Shown here piece after piece: positions 1 through 13,571 of a DNA stretch of 64,000 nt; the stretch's first letter is position 1; each line of letters begins with the position of its first letter. Source of the stretch: Escherichia phage moskry; the sequence record MN850651.1. The stretch is one strand, 5' to 3'. The position numbers were made by a program, and so were the translations under genes. Below the pieces are notes generated by a model. It ran no database searches and was not told where the DNA came from. It saw only the letters and a program-made list of their open reading frames with translations.

Positions 1-927
1 ATGTCAGGTTATAATGCACAAAACCCTAAAGAATTAAAGGATGTAATATTACGTCGTTTAGGCGCTCCTATTGTAAATGTTGAATTAACTACAGACCAAA
101 TTTATGATTGTATTTCACGAGCGTTAGAACTTTATGGCGAATACCATTTTGACGGGTTGAATAAAGGTTTCCATGTATTTTTTGTTGATGACGAAGAAAA
201 ATACCGTCACGGCGTATTTGATATGCGTGGTTCTAACGTATTTGCTGTAACAAGAATTATAAGAACAAACGTTGGCTCTATTACTTCAATGGATGGTAAT
301 GCAACTTATCCATGGTTCACTGATTTCCTTTTAGGAATGGCAGGTGTTTCAGGTGGTATGGGTAGTAATTGTGGTAAATTCTACGGCCCGAACGCTTTTG
401 GCGCTGACCTCGGGTATTATTCTCAATTAGTATCTTATATGGGTATGCTTCAAGATATGATTGCTCCTCTTCCAGATTTTTGGTTTAACTCTGCAAACGA
501 GCAATTAAAAGTAATGGGTAACTTTAGACAGAAAGATGTCATTATCGTTGAATCGTACGTTCGCTCTTATATCGAGACCCATAAGATGGTAGGAAATACA
601 GTAGGGTACGGTCAGGTCGGTCCTCGTGATTCATGGTCTATTTCTGAACGTTATGATAATCCAGACCATAATTTGGTCGGACGTCGAGTTGGTGAAGATC
701 CTGCAACTAAACAAGGCGCATATAACAACCGCTGGGTTAAAGATTATGCAACTGCATTAGCTAAAGAGCTTAATGGACAAATTCTTGCTAAACATCAAGG
801 TATGATGTTACCGGGTGGCGTCACTGTTGATGGTGTTCGATTAATTGAAGAAGCTCGTTTAGAGAAAGAAGCTTTACGAGAAGAGTTATATTTACTGGAC
901 CCTCCTGCAGGTATTTTGGTAGGTTAA
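1..927 (+). CDS. 13: Neck protein gp13
   Basis: 308 aa ORF starting at window position 1; N-terminus [23 protein letters not shown] matches T4 gp13 (309 aa); synteny 13-14-15. Confidence 0.92.
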   Translation: MSGYNAQNPKELKDVILRRLGAPIVNVELTTDQIYDCISRALELYGEYHFDGLNKGFHVFFVDDEEKYRHGVFDMRGSNVFAVTRIIRTNVGSITSMDGNATYPWFTDFLLGMAGVSGGMGSNCGKFYGPNAFGADLGYYSQLVSYMGMLQDMIAPLPDFWFNSANEQLKVMGNFRQKDVIIVESYVRSYIETHKMVGNTVGYGQVGPRDSWSISERYDNPDHNLVGRRVGEDPATKQGAYNNRWVKDYATALAKELNGQILAKHQGMMLPGGVTVDGVRLIEEARLEKEALREELYLLDPPAGILVG

Positions 928-928
928 T

Positions 929-1564
929 ATGGCAACATACTACAGATTGTATATTACAACATTTGAAACATCCACCGGTATAAAGATTTATGGTGGTAAA
1001 CACAAATCAGTTTACGAAGACCCTTCAAAAGACCCTTATACTGGGTCTGGTACCTTTATACGAAGGGCCAAAAGAAAATACGGTCCGTCTTGTATAAAAG
1101 AAATTATATGGTCTAAGCCATTTGAATCTAAAGCTCTAATGGATGAAGCTGAAGAGTTACTGGTAGATGAATTATCCATTTTAGAAAATTGCGCAAATCT
1201 TGTTAAAGGTGGTGCAGGCGGAAGGTCGTATATTAACCCAGAAGATAATCCATCTATAGGACAAAAACGTTCAGTCCAAACTAAAAAGAAAATGTCTGAC
1301 GCCGCAAAATCAAGAAAATGGACTGAAGAAGGGTTAAGAAAACGTAAAGAATCTACAGCAAGAATGTGGAAAGATTTCAAACATAGACATCCTGATTTTT
1401 CTGGTTCAAAAAATCCAGCAGCTCGAAAAGTTAGTGTAAATGGTAAAATATTTAACACCTGCAAAGAATGTGGTGAAGAATTTAATATCACATCAAGCGC
1501 GGTTATAGGCCGATGCAAAAACAACAAACCTAAATGGGCAGGATGGAATTATGTCGACGTATAA
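929..1564 (+). CDS. Free-standing homing endonuclease, GIY-YIG-like (seg-like) with NUMOD-like C-terminal DNA-binding repeats
   Basis: 211 aa ORF inserted between 13 and 14 (absent in T4); N-terminal YRLYIT...GIKIYGGKH resembles the GIY-(10-11)-YIG motif; basic C-terminus with NUMOD3-like [17 protein letters not shown] repeat; overlaps gene 14 start. Confidence 0.6.
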   Translation: MATYYRLYITTFETSTGIKIYGGKHKSVYEDPSKDPYTGSGTFIRRAKRKYGPSCIKEIIWSKPFESKALMDEAEELLVDELSILENCANLVKGGAGGRSYINPEDNPSIGQKRSVQTKKKMSDAAKSRKWTEEGLRKRKESTARMWKDFKHRHPDFSGSKNPAARKVSVNGKIFNTCKECGEEFNITSSAVIGRCKNNKPKWAGWNYVDV

Positions 1565-2315
1565 TTCAAATTTATTTGCAAAGTTAGAAAACCGAGAAGG
1601 CTATTCTAAAACTAATGAAACCGAGATTTTAAACAAATACGTGAACTTCAACAAATACGAAAATAGTCAGACATTAGCCGATGTTCTAGTGGCAGAAAGC
1701 ATACAGATGCGCGGTATTGAATGTTTTTATGTTCCACGTGAATATGTTGCCGTGGACCTTATCTTTGGTGAGGACCTTAAAAATAAATTTACTAAAGCAT
1801 GGAAATTTGCGGCATATCTGAACTCATTTGAAGGTTATGAAGGAGCGAAATCGTTCTTCAGCAACTTCGGAATGCAAGTTCAAGACGAAGTTACATTATC
1901 TATTAACCCGGGTCTTTTCAAACACCAGGTCAACAATCAGGAGCCCAAGGAAGGTGATTTAATATACTTCCCAATGGACAACAGTTTGTTTGAGATTAAC
2001 TGGGTTGAACCATATGACCCATTCTATCAAGTAGGTAAAAATGCGATTCGTAAAATTACTGCAGGCAAGTTTATTTACTCTGGCGAAGAAATCAATCCGG
2101 TGCTTCAGAAAAATGAAGGTATCAATATACCTGAATTTAGTGACTTGGAACTTAACCCTGTTAGAAATCTTGACGGTATCCATGACATTAATATCGATGA
2201 ATATTCTGAAGTTGAGCAAATCAATTCAGAGGCAAGTGAATACGTTGAGCCGTATGTAGTAGTTAACAACCGTGGTAGACAAAATTCACCATTTGACGAT
2301 GGGTTTATGAATTAA
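1551..2315 (+). CDS. 14: Neck protein gp14
   Basis: 254 aa; [20 protein letters not shown] matches T4 gp14 N-terminus; synteny. Confidence 0.9.
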   Translation: MSTYNSNLFAKLENREGYSKTNETEILNKYVNFNKYENSQTLADVLVAESIQMRGIECFYVPREYVAVDLIFGEDLKNKFTKAWKFAAYLNSFEGYEGAKSFFSNFGMQVQDEVTLSINPGLFKHQVNNQEPKEGDLIYFPMDNSLFEINWVEPYDPFYQVGKNAIRKITAGKFIYSGEEINPVLQKNEGINIPEFSDLELNPVRNLDGIHDINIDEYSEVEQINSEASEYVEPYVVVNNRGRQNSPFDDGFMN

Positions 2316-2364
2316 TAAATAGATAAGATAAAGCAAACACCGGTCGAAAGGCCGGTTAGGAGAA

Positions 2365-3189
2365 ATGATGTTTGGTTATTTTTACAACTCGTCGTTCAGG
2401 CGATATATCACAATGATGGGCGATTTGTTTTCAAATATCCAAGTTAACCGTCAATTGTCTACAGGCAATAAATTAATTAGAGTTCCTATTACGTATGCAT
2501 CTAAAGAGCACTTTATGATGAAACTTAATAAATGGACCTCTATAAACTCACAAGAAGATGTGGCTAAAGTCGAAACTATTCTACCACGTATAAATCTCCA
2601 AATGGTAGATTTCGTTTATAACCCAACGTTTAAAACGAATATATTGAATAACTCTCTTTTGAGTAAATCGACTAAGGATATTGTAGACCAATACAACCCA
2701 TCACCAATTAAAATGATTTTTGAACTGAGCATCTTTACTCGTTATGAAGATGATATGTTCCAAATCGTTGAGCAAATTATTCCATATTTTCAGCCGCATT
2801 TTAATACGACTATGATTGAGCAATATGGGCAGGATATTCCATTTGAAAGGGATATTAAAGTCGTATGGATGGCAGCAGCAATGGATGAACAAATAGACGG
2901 TGATAATTTATCCCGTCGACGTTTAGAGTGGTCATTAACATTTGAAGTAAATGGATGGATGTATCCTCCGGTAGGCGCAGCTGAAGGCCTTATTAAAACG
3001 ACTTATCTTGATTTTCATGCTAATGAACGAGACCTTCAAACAGCCGCCAGTGTTTTTGAATCAGTTGATACAGAAATTAAACCGAGAGACGTTGAAGCAC
3101 AAGATTGGAATGGCGAAGTTGAACAAACTTATACTCATGATATTCCAATCCCGACTCCACCAACCCCTCCTGGTCCTAGAAAACAATAA
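2365..3189 (+). CDS. 15: Tail sheath stabilizer / tail completion protein gp15
   Basis: 274 aa; size and position match T4 gp15 (272 aa). Confidence 0.88.
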   Translation: MMFGYFYNSSFRRYITMMGDLFSNIQVNRQLSTGNKLIRVPITYASKEHFMMKLNKWTSINSQEDVAKVETILPRINLQMVDFVYNPTFKTNILNNSLLSKSTKDIVDQYNPSPIKMIFELSIFTRYEDDMFQIVEQIIPYFQPHFNTTMIEQYGQDIPFERDIKVVWMAAAMDEQIDGDNLSRRRLEWSLTFEVNGWMYPPVGAAEGLIKTTYLDFHANERDLQTAASVFESVDTEIKPRDVEAQDWNGEVEQTYTHDIPIPTPPTPPGPRKQ

Positions 3190-5515
<2,326 letters not shown>

Positions 5516-5542
5516 AAATAAAGCAAATTAAGAGGAATTAAA

Positions 5543-7525
5543 ATGGCACTTCTCTCTCCGGGCGTTGAGCTCAAAGAAACTACCGTACAGAGTACTGTAG
5601 TTAATAACTCCACTGGTACTGCTGCCCTGGCTGGAAAATTCCAATGGGGACCTGCATTCCAGATTAAACAAATCACTGATGAAGTTGCATTAGTTGATAT
5701 GTTTGGTACTCCTAATACGGATACAGCAGATTATTTCATGTCTGCTATGAACTTCCTTCAATATGGTAATGACCTTCGTGTTGTACGCGCAGTTGATCGT
5801 GATACTGCTAAGAACTCATCTCCTGTAGCAGGCAATATTGAATTCACAATCTCTGCTACTGGTAGTAACTATGCAGTTGGTGATAAAATTATCGTTAAGT
5901 ATTTGACCGAAACTGTTGAAGCAGATGGTTATGTCACTTCAGTTGATGTCGATGGTAAAATTCTTAACATTTATATCCCAACCGGTAAAATTATTGCTCG
6001 TGCAAAAGAAATTAATGAATATCCGGCATTGGGTTCTAACTGGACCGCCGAAGTTGCCAGTTCTTCTTCTGGTCTCTCTGGCGTTATTACAATTGGTTCT
6101 ATCGTAACCGATTCGGGTATTCTGTTAACTGAAGTTGAAACTTCTGAAGAAGCTATTACTTCTCTAACTTTCCAAGAATCTATTAAAAAATATGGTGTCC
6201 CAGGCGTAGTTGCTCTTTATCCTGGTGAACTTGGCGACCAGCTCGAAATTGAAATCGTATCTAAAGCAGACTATGACAAAGGTGCTTCAGCCCAGTTAAA
6301 AATTTATCCTGATGGTGGTACTCGTGCATCTACTGCTAAAGCAATCTTTGGGTATGGCCCACAAACTGATGACCAATATGCAATTATCGTTCGTCGTAAC
6401 GATGCTGTAGTTCAGAGCGTAGTTCTTTCTACTAAACGTGGTGAACGCGATATTTATGGTAGTAATATCTTTATTGATGATTTCTTTGCTAAAGGCGCAA
6501 GCAATTATATTTTCGCTACTGCACAAGGTTGGCCAAAAGGTTTCTCTGGCGTAATCAAACTGGGTGGTGGCTTATCATCTAATGAAACGGTTGACGCTGG
6601 TGATTTAATGGAAGCTTGGGATTTGTTTGCTGACCGTGAATCTGTTAATGCGCAGTTGTTTATTGCCGGTTCTTGTGCAGGTGAATCTTTAGAAGTTGCT
6701 TCTACAGTTCAGAAACATGTTGTAGCAATTGGTGATTCTCGCCAAGATTGCTTGGTTCTTTGCTCACCGCCACGTGCAACTATAGTCGGTATTCCTGTTA
6801 ATCGTGCAGTTGATAATCTGGTTGATTGGCGTACTGCGTCAGGAACTTACACCGATAATAACTTTAATGTAAGTTCTACTTATGCCGCTATTGACGGTAA
6901 CTATAAATATCAATATGACAAATATAATGATGTGAATCGTTGGGTTCCATTAGCCGCTGATATCGCTGGACTTTGTGCTCGTACAGACAATATTTCTCAG
7001 CCTTGGATGTCTCCAGCCGGTTATAACCGTGGACAAATTCTTAACGTTATTAAGCTTGCAATTGAAACTCGCCAAGCACAACGTGATCGTTTGTATCAGG
7101 AAGCTATTAACCCTGTTACTGGTACCGGTGGTGATGGATATGTTCTGTACGGTGATAAAACTGCCACTTCTGTTCCTTCGCCATTTGACCGTATTAACGT
7201 ACGTCGTTTGTTTAACATGGTTAAAACGAACATTGGTTCAGCATCTAAATATCGCCTGTTTGAATTGAACAACGCATTTACCCGTTCTTCTTTCCGTACA
7301 GAGACTTCTCAATATCTACAGGGTATTAAAGCTCTCGGTGGTGTATATAACTTTAAAGTTGTTTGTGATACTACCAATAACACTCCAGCAGTTATCGACC
7401 GTAATGAATTTGTAGCTACTTTCTACTTACAACCTGCCCGCTCGATAAATTATATTACGTTGAACTTTGTAGCAACAGCAACTGGTGCCGATTTCGACGA
7501 ACTAATTGGTGCTGTAGGTGGTTAA
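5543..7525 (+). CDS. 18: Tail sheath protein gp18
   Basis: 660 aa; MALLSPGVELKETTVQST... as in T4 gp18 (659 aa). Confidence 0.95.
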   Translation: MALLSPGVELKETTVQSTVVNNSTGTAALAGKFQWGPAFQIKQITDEVALVDMFGTPNTDTADYFMSAMNFLQYGNDLRVVRAVDRDTAKNSSPVAGNIEFTISATGSNYAVGDKIIVKYLTETVEADGYVTSVDVDGKILNIYIPTGKIIARAKEINEYPALGSNWTAEVASSSSGLSGVITIGSIVTDSGILLTEVETSEEAITSLTFQESIKKYGVPGVVALYPGELGDQLEIEIVSKADYDKGASAQLKIYPDGGTRASTAKAIFGYGPQTDDQYAIIVRRNDAVVQSVVLSTKRGERDIYGSNIFIDDFFAKGASNYIFATAQGWPKGFSGVIKLGGGLSSNETVDAGDLMEAWDLFADRESVNAQLFIAGSCAGESLEVASTVQKHVVAIGDSRQDCLVLCSPPRATIVGIPVNRAVDNLVDWRTASGTYTDNNFNVSSTYAAIDGNYKYQYDKYNDVNRWVPLAADIAGLCARTDNISQPWMSPAGYNRGQILNVIKLAIETRQAQRDRLYQEAINPVTGTGGDGYVLYGDKTATSVPSPFDRINVRRLFNMVKTNIGSASKYRLFELNNAFTRSSFRTETSQYLQGIKALGGVYNFKVVCDTTNNTPAVIDRNEFVATFYLQPARSINYITLNFVATATGADFDELIGAVGG

Positions 7526-7536
7526 TAAGACGCCTG

Positions 7537-7558
7537 ATGGGCTATTTCGGTAGCCCAT
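7537..7558 (+). terminator. Hairpin after gene 18 (terminator or RNA-stability element)
   Basis: ATGGGCTA-tttcgg-TAGCCCAT, 8-bp stem, immediately before the gene 19 late promoter. Confidence 0.5.
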
Positions 7559-7565
7559 ATAAATA
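7558..7565 (+). promoter_or_regulatory. Late promoter TATAAATA upstream of gene 19
   Basis: Exact TATAAATA in the 18-19 intergenic region, flanked by two hairpins. Confidence 0.65.
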
Positions 7566-7637
7566 TACTATATCGTTTAAAAATTAATTCTATGGGCATC
7601 CGGTTAATCCTAGGCCCATATTACTACAGAGGCTAAT

Positions 7638-8129
7638 ATGTTTGTAGATGACGTAACTCGTGCCTTCGAATCTGGTGATTTCGCTCGCCCTAACCTGTTC
7701 GAAGTAGAAATCTCTTATCTTGGGCAAAACTTTAGCTTCCAGTGTCGTGCTACGGCTCTTCCTGCTGCGATAGTTGAAAAGGTTCCTGTTTCTTATATGA
7801 ACCGTAAAATTAACGTGGCTGGTGATCGTACATTCGATGATTGGACTATTACAGTAATGAACGATGATGCTCATAGCATTCGTCAGAAATTTGTTGATTG
7901 GCAAGGTATTGCAGCAGGACAAGGTAATGAAATTACCGGTGGTAAACCTGCTGAATATAAAAAGTCTGCTATCGTTCGTCAATTTGCTCGTGATGCTAAA
8001 ACGGTCACTAAAGAAGTTGAAATTGTCGGCTTGTGGCCTACTAACGTTGGTGAAGTATCTCTTGATTGGGATTCTAATAACGAGATTGAAACGTTCGAAG
8101 TAACTCTTGCTCTTGATTGGTGGGAATAA
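7638..8129 (+). CDS. 19: Tail tube protein gp19
   Basis: 163 aa, same length as T4 gp19; MFVDDVTRAFESGDFARPNLFEVEI. Confidence 0.95.
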   Translation: MFVDDVTRAFESGDFARPNLFEVEISYLGQNFSFQCRATALPAAIVEKVPVSYMNRKINVAGDRTFDDWTITVMNDDAHSIRQKFVDWQGIAAGQGNEITGGKPAEYKKSAIVRQFARDAKTVTKEVEIVGLWPTNVGEVSLDWDSNNEIETFEVTLALDWWE

Positions 8130-8177
8130 TCTGGTTGGGGAGAAATCCCCAGCTTCCCGTGATGACGGAGAAGTCCA

Positions 8178-8185
8178 TATAAATA
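8178..8185 (+). promoter_or_regulatory. Late promoter TATAAATA upstream of gene 20
   Basis: Exact TATAAATA about 30 nt upstream of ATG. Confidence 0.7.
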
Positions 8186-8213
8186 TAACTATAATTCCCA
8201 TTCGGAGAATACA

Positions 8214-9785
8214 ATGAAATTTAATATCTTAAGTTTGTTTGCTCCATGGGCAAAAATGGACGAACGTGATTACAAAGACCAAGAAAAAGAAAATTTAGAA
8301 TCTATCACCACACCAAAATTAGACGACGGCGCTAAAGAATACGAAGTATCTGAAAATGAAGCACAGCAAACATATAATGCTATGTTTCAGAGAATGTTTG
8401 GTAGTCAAGAACCAGGGCTCAAATCAACCCGTGAATTAATCGATACGTATCGAAATTTGATGACGAACTATGAAGTGGATAACGCGGTCTCTGAAATAGT
8501 TTCTGATGCTATCGTGTATGAAGATGATACAGAAGTCGTTTCTATAAATTTAGACAACACAAAATTTAGTCCAAATATAAAATCAATGATGTTGGATGAA
8601 TTTAACGAAGTGTTGAATCATTTATCTTTCCAACGTAAAGGTTCAGACCATTTTAGGCGTTGGTATGTAGATTCTCGAATTTTCTTCCATAAAATTATTG
8701 ACCCTAAACGCCCTAAAGAAGGTATTAAAGAGCTTCGTCGTTTAGACCCACGTCAAGTTCAATATGTCCGTGAAGTTATTACAACCACTGAAGCCGGTGT
8801 TAAAATAGTCAAGGGTTATAAAGAATATTTCATTTATGACACATCACACGAATCTTATGCTTGTGATGGTCGCATATATGAAGCTGGCACAAAAATAAAA
8901 ATCCCTAAAGCCGCGATTGTTTACGCCCATTCTGGTTTAGTTGATTGTTGTGGTAAAAATATCATCGGTTATTTGCATCGGGCTATTAAGCCAGCGAACC
9001 AATTAAAACTTCTTGAAGATGCTGTCGTAATTTATCGTATTACTCGTGCTCCCGATCGTCGTGTATGGTACGTTGATACAGGTAATATGCCTTCAAGAAA
9101 AGCAGCAGAACATATGCAACATGTTATGAATACGATGAAAAACCGTATTGCATATGATGCTACTACAGGCAAGATTAAAAACCAGCAGCATATTATGTCG
9201 ATGACCGAAGATTATTGGTTACAACGACGTGATGGTAAAGCAGTAACAGAAGTTGATACATTACCAGGCGCAGATAATACCGGAAATATGGAAGATGTAC
9301 GTTGGTTCCGTAATGCGCTTTATATGGCTTTACGTATTCCTATTACCCGTATTCCAAGTGACCAAGGTGGTATACAGTTTGATGCTGGTACTTCTATTAC
9401 ACGAGATGAATTGTCATTTGGTAAATTTATTCGTGAGCTGCAACATAAATTTGAAGAGATATTCCTAGACCCGCTTAAAACCAATTTAATTCTTAAAGGA
9501 ATTATTACAGAAGATGAGTGGAATGATGAAATAAATAATATTAAGATAAAATTTCATCGGGATAGTTATTTCTCGGAATTAAAGGATGCTGAGATTCTGG
9601 AGCGTCGCATTAATATGCTTCAGATGGCCGAACCATTTATTGGTAAATATATTTCTCACAGAACAGCTATGAAAGATATTCTTCAGATGTCTGACGAGGA
9701 AATTGAACAAGAGGCTAAGCAAATTGAAGAAGAGTCGAAAGAGGCTCGTTTCCAAGACCCCGACCAAGAACAAGAGGATTTTTAA
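8214..9785 (+). CDS. 20: Portal vertex protein gp20
   Basis: 523 aa; T4 gp20 is 524 aa; synteny 19-20-67. Confidence 0.95.
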   Translation: MKFNILSLFAPWAKMDERDYKDQEKENLESITTPKLDDGAKEYEVSENEAQQTYNAMFQRMFGSQEPGLKSTRELIDTYRNLMTNYEVDNAVSEIVSDAIVYEDDTEVVSINLDNTKFSPNIKSMMLDEFNEVLNHLSFQRKGSDHFRRWYVDSRIFFHKIIDPKRPKEGIKELRRLDPRQVQYVREVITTTEAGVKIVKGYKEYFIYDTSHESYACDGRIYEAGTKIKIPKAAIVYAHSGLVDCCGKNIIGYLHRAIKPANQLKLLEDAVVIYRITRAPDRRVWYVDTGNMPSRKAAEHMQHVMNTMKNRIAYDATTGKIKNQQHIMSMTEDYWLQRRDGKAVTEVDTLPGADNTGNMEDVRWFRNALYMALRIPITRIPSDQGGIQFDAGTSITRDELSFGKFIRELQHKFEEIFLDPLKTNLILKGIITEDEWNDEINNIKIKFHRDSYFSELKDAEILERRINMLQMAEPFIGKYISHRTAMKDILQMSDEEIEQEAKQIEEESKEARFQDPDQEQEDF

Positions 9786-10021
9786 TGGACGATTTAATTC
9801 AAGCTATTAAATCAAACGACCTCGTTGCTACTCGAAAGTTTTTTGAAAGTGCAATGGCAGAAAAAACGGTTCGTTTGATTGAAGCACGCAAAGCAGAAAT
9901 CGCTTCTCAATTTTTGATTGAAGGCGAAGAACCTGAAGAAGAAAAGAAAGCTAAAGCTTCGGAAGACGACGCTGATGAAGGCGATGACGACGAAGACGAA
10001 GATGATGAGGACGATGAATAA
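9785..10021 (+). CDS. 67: Prohead core protein gp67
   Basis: 78 aa with acidic D/E-rich C-terminus; matches T4 gp67. Confidence 0.9.
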   Translation: MDDLIQAIKSNDLVATRKFFESAMAEKTVRLIEARKAEIASQFLIEGEEPEEEKKAKASEDDADEGDDDEDEDDEDDE

Positions 10022-10446
10022 TGTATCTTATCCCTGAATCTTATGAATTGGTACTCGAAAATGTCGAAGCACTTATTCCTGAAGCACAGGGCCGAATCGA
10101 TGCATTGTCTTCTGCTCTCGATATTGACGATATAAATACTATTATCGAGAACATGCTTGAAACTGAAACGGATTTAGCTGTTGCAATGGCTTCCATTATT
10201 AATGAAGAACAGTTAAATGAGTTTATTGTTAAACATGTTTCTTCTCGTGGTGAAGTCACCCGCACTAAAGACCGTAAAACTCGTGAACGTAATGCGTTCC
10301 AAACCACTGGTCTTTCTAAAGCAAAACGTAGACAAATCGCTCGTAAGGTCGTTAAAGCTAAAAAAGCTAACCCTTCAGGCCAAGTTAAAGGCTTGCGTAA
10401 GCGTAAAAAGGCTCTTAAACGTCGTAAAGCATTAGGATTAAGCTAA
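10021..10446 (+). CDS. 68: Prohead core protein gp68
   Basis: 141 aa as in T4 gp68; basic C-terminal tail; synteny. Confidence 0.88.
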   Translation: MYLIPESYELVLENVEALIPEAQGRIDALSSALDIDDINTIIENMLETETDLAVAMASIINEEQLNEFIVKHVSSRGEVTRTKDRKTRERNAFQTTGLSKAKRRQIARKVVKAKKANPSGQVKGLRKRKKALKRRKALGLS

Positions 10447-11087
10447 TGAATAAACCCGAGTTACTTATTGAAACTTGGGGTCAACCCGGTGAGATTATTG
10501 ATGGCGTTCCAATGTTGGAATCTCATGATGGAAAAGATTCTGGCTTAAAACCAGGGCTTTATATAGAAGGTATTTTTCTTCAGGCAGAGGTTGTTAACCG
10601 AAATAAACGTTTATATCCTAAACGCGTTTTGGAAAAAGCAGTAAGTGACTATATTAAAGAACAAGTCGCAACCAAACAAGCCCTTGGAGAATTAAACCAT
10701 CCACCTCGTGCAAATGTTGACCCTATGCAAGCCGCTATCATTATTGAAGATATGTGGTGGAAAGGAAACGATGTATATGGACGTGCTAGAATTATTGAAG
10801 GCGACCATGGTCCCGGCGATAAATTAGCTGCTAATATACGAGCTGGTTGGATTCCAGGTGTTTCCTCTCGTGGTCTTGGTTCTTTAACCGACACCAATAA
10901 AGGGTACCGTATCGTGAACGAAGGATTTAAATTAACCGTCGGCGTAGATGCCGTATGGGGACCTTCTGCTCCAGATGCTTGGGTTACTCCTAAACAAATA
11001 TCAGAATCAGAAAATTCGGTGGAAATCACCAAAAACAGTGCTGACGAAGCATTTAAAGCTCTCGCAGAGAGTTTAAAAGCATTATAA
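10446..11087 (+). CDS. 21: Prohead core scaffold protease gp21
   Basis: 213 aa; T4 gp21 is 212 aa; synteny. Confidence 0.93.
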   Translation: MNKPELLIETWGQPGEIIDGVPMLESHDGKDSGLKPGLYIEGIFLQAEVVNRNKRLYPKRVLEKAVSDYIKEQVATKQALGELNHPPRANVDPMQAAIIIEDMWWKGNDVYGRARIIEGDHGPGDKLAANIRAGWIPGVSSRGLGSLTDTNKGYRIVNEGFKLTVGVDAVWGPSAPDAWVTPKQISESENSVEITKNSADEAFKALAESLKAL

Positions 11088-11090
11088 ATA
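11083..11090 (+). promoter_or_regulatory. Late promoter TATAAATA upstream of gene 22
   Basis: Exact TATAAATA overlapping gene 21 stop. Confidence 0.7.
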
Positions 11091-11120
11091 ATAATGTAAT
11101 CTAAACCACAGGACACTAAA

Positions 11121-11933
11121 ATGATCAAAGAACAACTTTTGAAAGAAGCTCAGAACATCGAGACTTCAGTTGCTCTTAATAGTGTTTTCGAATCAGTAGA
11201 ACTGTCTCCGGACGTTAAAGCTAATTTCAGCACTGTATTCGAAGCCACCGTTAAGCAGGAAGCAGTCAAACTGGCTGAATCTCATATCAAAGCCATCGCC
11301 GAAAAGGCCGAAGAAGAAGTTGAAAAGGCTAAAGAAGATGCTGAAGAGAAAGCTGATAAAAAATTGGCTGAACAAGCTTCTAAATTCCTAGACCATCTTG
11401 CAAAAGAATGGCTCGCAGAAAACCAAATCGCAGTTGATAAAGGCATTAAAGCTGATTTGTTCGAATCCATGCTTGGTGGTCTGAAAGAACTGTTTGTTGA
11501 ACATAACGTTGTTGTTCCAGAAGAATCCGTAGATGTTGTAGCAGAAATGGAAGAAGAGCTGGCCGAACATAAAGAAGAAACCGCTCGTTTGTTCGAAGAA
11601 GTTACCAAACGTGATGCATATATCAATTACGTTCAGCGTGAAACCGCTATTAATGAAAGCGTAAAAGACCTGACTGAATCTCAGAAAGAAAAAGTTATTG
11701 GCCTGGTTGAAGGTATGGATTATTCTGACGCATTTGGTACTAAGTTAACTGCTATTGTAGAAATGGTTAAAGGTTCTACTAAAGAAGAAGCCGCTATTAC
11801 CGAAAGTATAAATACAGTTGACAATGACGCTGCCGGTCTTAATTTTGTTGCCGAAGCAGTTGACACTACCACAACTCAGGTAGAACAGAATTCTAATGTA
11901 AGTTTATATGCGAAAGTCGCATCTCGTTTCTAA
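11121..11933 (+). CDS. 22: Prohead scaffolding core protein gp22
   Basis: 270 aa, highly charged coiled-coil composition as in T4 gp22 (269 aa). Confidence 0.92.
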   Translation: MIKEQLLKEAQNIETSVALNSVFESVELSPDVKANFSTVFEATVKQEAVKLAESHIKAIAEKAEEEVEKAKEDAEEKADKKLAEQASKFLDHLAKEWLAENQIAVDKGIKADLFESMLGGLKELFVEHNVVVPEESVDVVAEMEEELAEHKEETARLFEEVTKRDAYINYVQRETAINESVKDLTESQKEKVIGLVEGMDYSDAFGTKLTAIVEMVKGSTKEEAAITESINTVDNDAAGLNFVAEAVDTTTTQVEQNSNVSLYAKVASRF

Positions 11934-11950
11934 TTTAAAGGTTAACACAA

Positions 11951-13519
11951 ATGACTACTATCAAAACTAAAGCTCAGCTCGTAGACAAATGGAAAGAACT
12001 GCTGGAAGGTGAAGGCCTGCCGGAAATCGCTAATAGCAAGCAGGCTATTATCGCTAAAATCTTCGAAAACCAGGAAAAAGATTTCGAAGTATCCCCTGAA
12101 TATAAAGACGAGAAAATCGCTCAGGCATTTGGTTCTTTCTTGACCGAAGCTGAAATTGGTGGTGACCATGGTTATAATGCTCAGAACATCGCAGCAGGTC
12201 AAACCTCTGGTGCAGTAACCCAAATTGGGCCGGCAGTTATGGGTATGGTTCGTCGTGCTATTCCTAATCTGATTGCTTTTGATATTTGTGGTGTTCAGCC
12301 TATGAACAGCCCGACCGGTCAGGTATTTGCTCTCCGTGCAGTATATGGTAAAGACCCTATCGCTGCTGGCGCTAAAGAAGCTTTCCATCCGATGTATGCC
12401 CCAGACGCGATGTTCTCTGGTCAGGGTGCTGCTAAGAAATTCCCAGCTCTGGCTGCTGACACTACTACTGTTGTAGGTGATATCTATACTCACTTCTTCC
12501 AAGAAACTGGTACCGTATATCTGCAAGCTTCTGCTATCGTAACACTTGATTCTAGTGCAACTGATGCAGCTAAATTAGATGCAGAAGTTAAGAAACAAAT
12601 GGAAGCTGGTGCACTGGTAGAAATCGCTGAAGGTATGGCTACTTCTATCGCTGAACTTCAGGAAGGTTTCAACGGTTCTACCGATAACCCATGGAATGAA
12701 ATGGGCTTCCGTATCGATAAACAAGTTATCGAAGCTAAATCTCGTCAGCTGAAAGCTGCTTACTCTATCGAATTAGCACAAGACCTCCGTGCAGTACACG
12801 GTATGGATGCTGATGCTGAACTGAGCGGTATTCTGGCTACAGAAATTATGCTAGAAATCAACCGTGAAGTTGTTGATTGGATTAACTACTCTGCACAGGT
12901 TGGTAAATCTGGTATGACCCTGACTCCGGGTTCTAAAGCTGGCGTATTTGACTTCCAGGACCCGATTGATATCCGTGGTGCTCGTTGGGCCGGTGAAAGC
13001 TTTAAATCTCTGTTGTTCCAGATTGATAAAGAAGCAGTTGAAATTGCTCGTCAAACCGGTCGTGGTGAAGGTAACTTCATTATCGCTTCCCGTAACGTAG
13101 TTAACGTACTGGCTTCAGTTGATACTGGTATTTCTTACGCTGCGCAGGGTCTGGCTTCTGGTTTTAATACCGACACTACTAAGTCTGTATTTGCCGGTGT
13201 ACTTGGTGGTAAATACCGCGTATACATCGACCAGTATGCTAAACAGGATTACTTCACCGTTGGTTACAAAGGCGCTAACGAAATGGATGCAGGTATTTAC
13301 TATGCTCCTTACGTTGCACTTACCCCGCTGCGTGGTTCCGATCCTAAGAACTTCCAGCCGGTAATGGGCTTCAAAACTCGTTACGGTATCGGTGTTAACC
13401 CGTTTGCTGAAAGTTCCCTGCAGGCTCCAGGTGCTCGCATCCAGTCCGGTATGCCGTCTATCCTGAACAGCCTTGGTAAGAACGCTTACTTCCGCCGTGT
13501 ATATGTAAAAGGCATCTAA
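11951..13519 (+). CDS. 23: Major capsid protein gp23
   Basis: 522 aa; MTTIKTKAQLVDKWKELLEGEG...; T4 gp23 is 521 aa. Confidence 0.97.
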   Translation: MTTIKTKAQLVDKWKELLEGEGLPEIANSKQAIIAKIFENQEKDFEVSPEYKDEKIAQAFGSFLTEAEIGGDHGYNAQNIAAGQTSGAVTQIGPAVMGMVRRAIPNLIAFDICGVQPMNSPTGQVFALRAVYGKDPIAAGAKEAFHPMYAPDAMFSGQGAAKKFPALAADTTTVVGDIYTHFFQETGTVYLQASAIVTLDSSATDAAKLDAEVKKQMEAGALVEIAEGMATSIAELQEGFNGSTDNPWNEMGFRIDKQVIEAKSRQLKAAYSIELAQDLRAVHGMDADAELSGILATEIMLEINREVVDWINYSAQVGKSGMTLTPGSKAGVFDFQDPIDIRGARWAGESFKSLLFQIDKEAVEIARQTGRGEGNFIIASRNVVNVLASVDTGISYAAQGLASGFNTDTTKSVFAGVLGGKYRVYIDQYAKQDYFTVGYKGANEMDAGIYYAPYVALTPLRGSDPKNFQPVMGFKTRYGIGVNPFAESSLQAPGARIQSGMPSILNSLGKNAYFRRVYVKGI

Positions 13520-13543
13520 TCTTAATTGATTAAATCTTATTTT

Positions 13544-13561
13544 GGGAGACTTCGGTCTCCC
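13544..13561 (+). terminator. Intrinsic terminator after gene 23
   Basis: GGGAGAC-TTCG-GTCTCCC followed by ATTTTTGGTTTT. Confidence 0.8.
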
Positions 13562-13571
13562 ATTTTTGGTT

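Noticed and set aside
1036-1527. Numerous antisense or alternative-frame track ORFs inside long genes (e.g. 1036..1527, 11282..11626, 13115..13585, 25271..25570, 27247..27576, 47198..47503, 52366..52845, 54684..55028, 62223..62996)
   Set aside because: Each lies entirely within a confidently identified T4 homologue on the other strand or frame; no independent start or RBS support.
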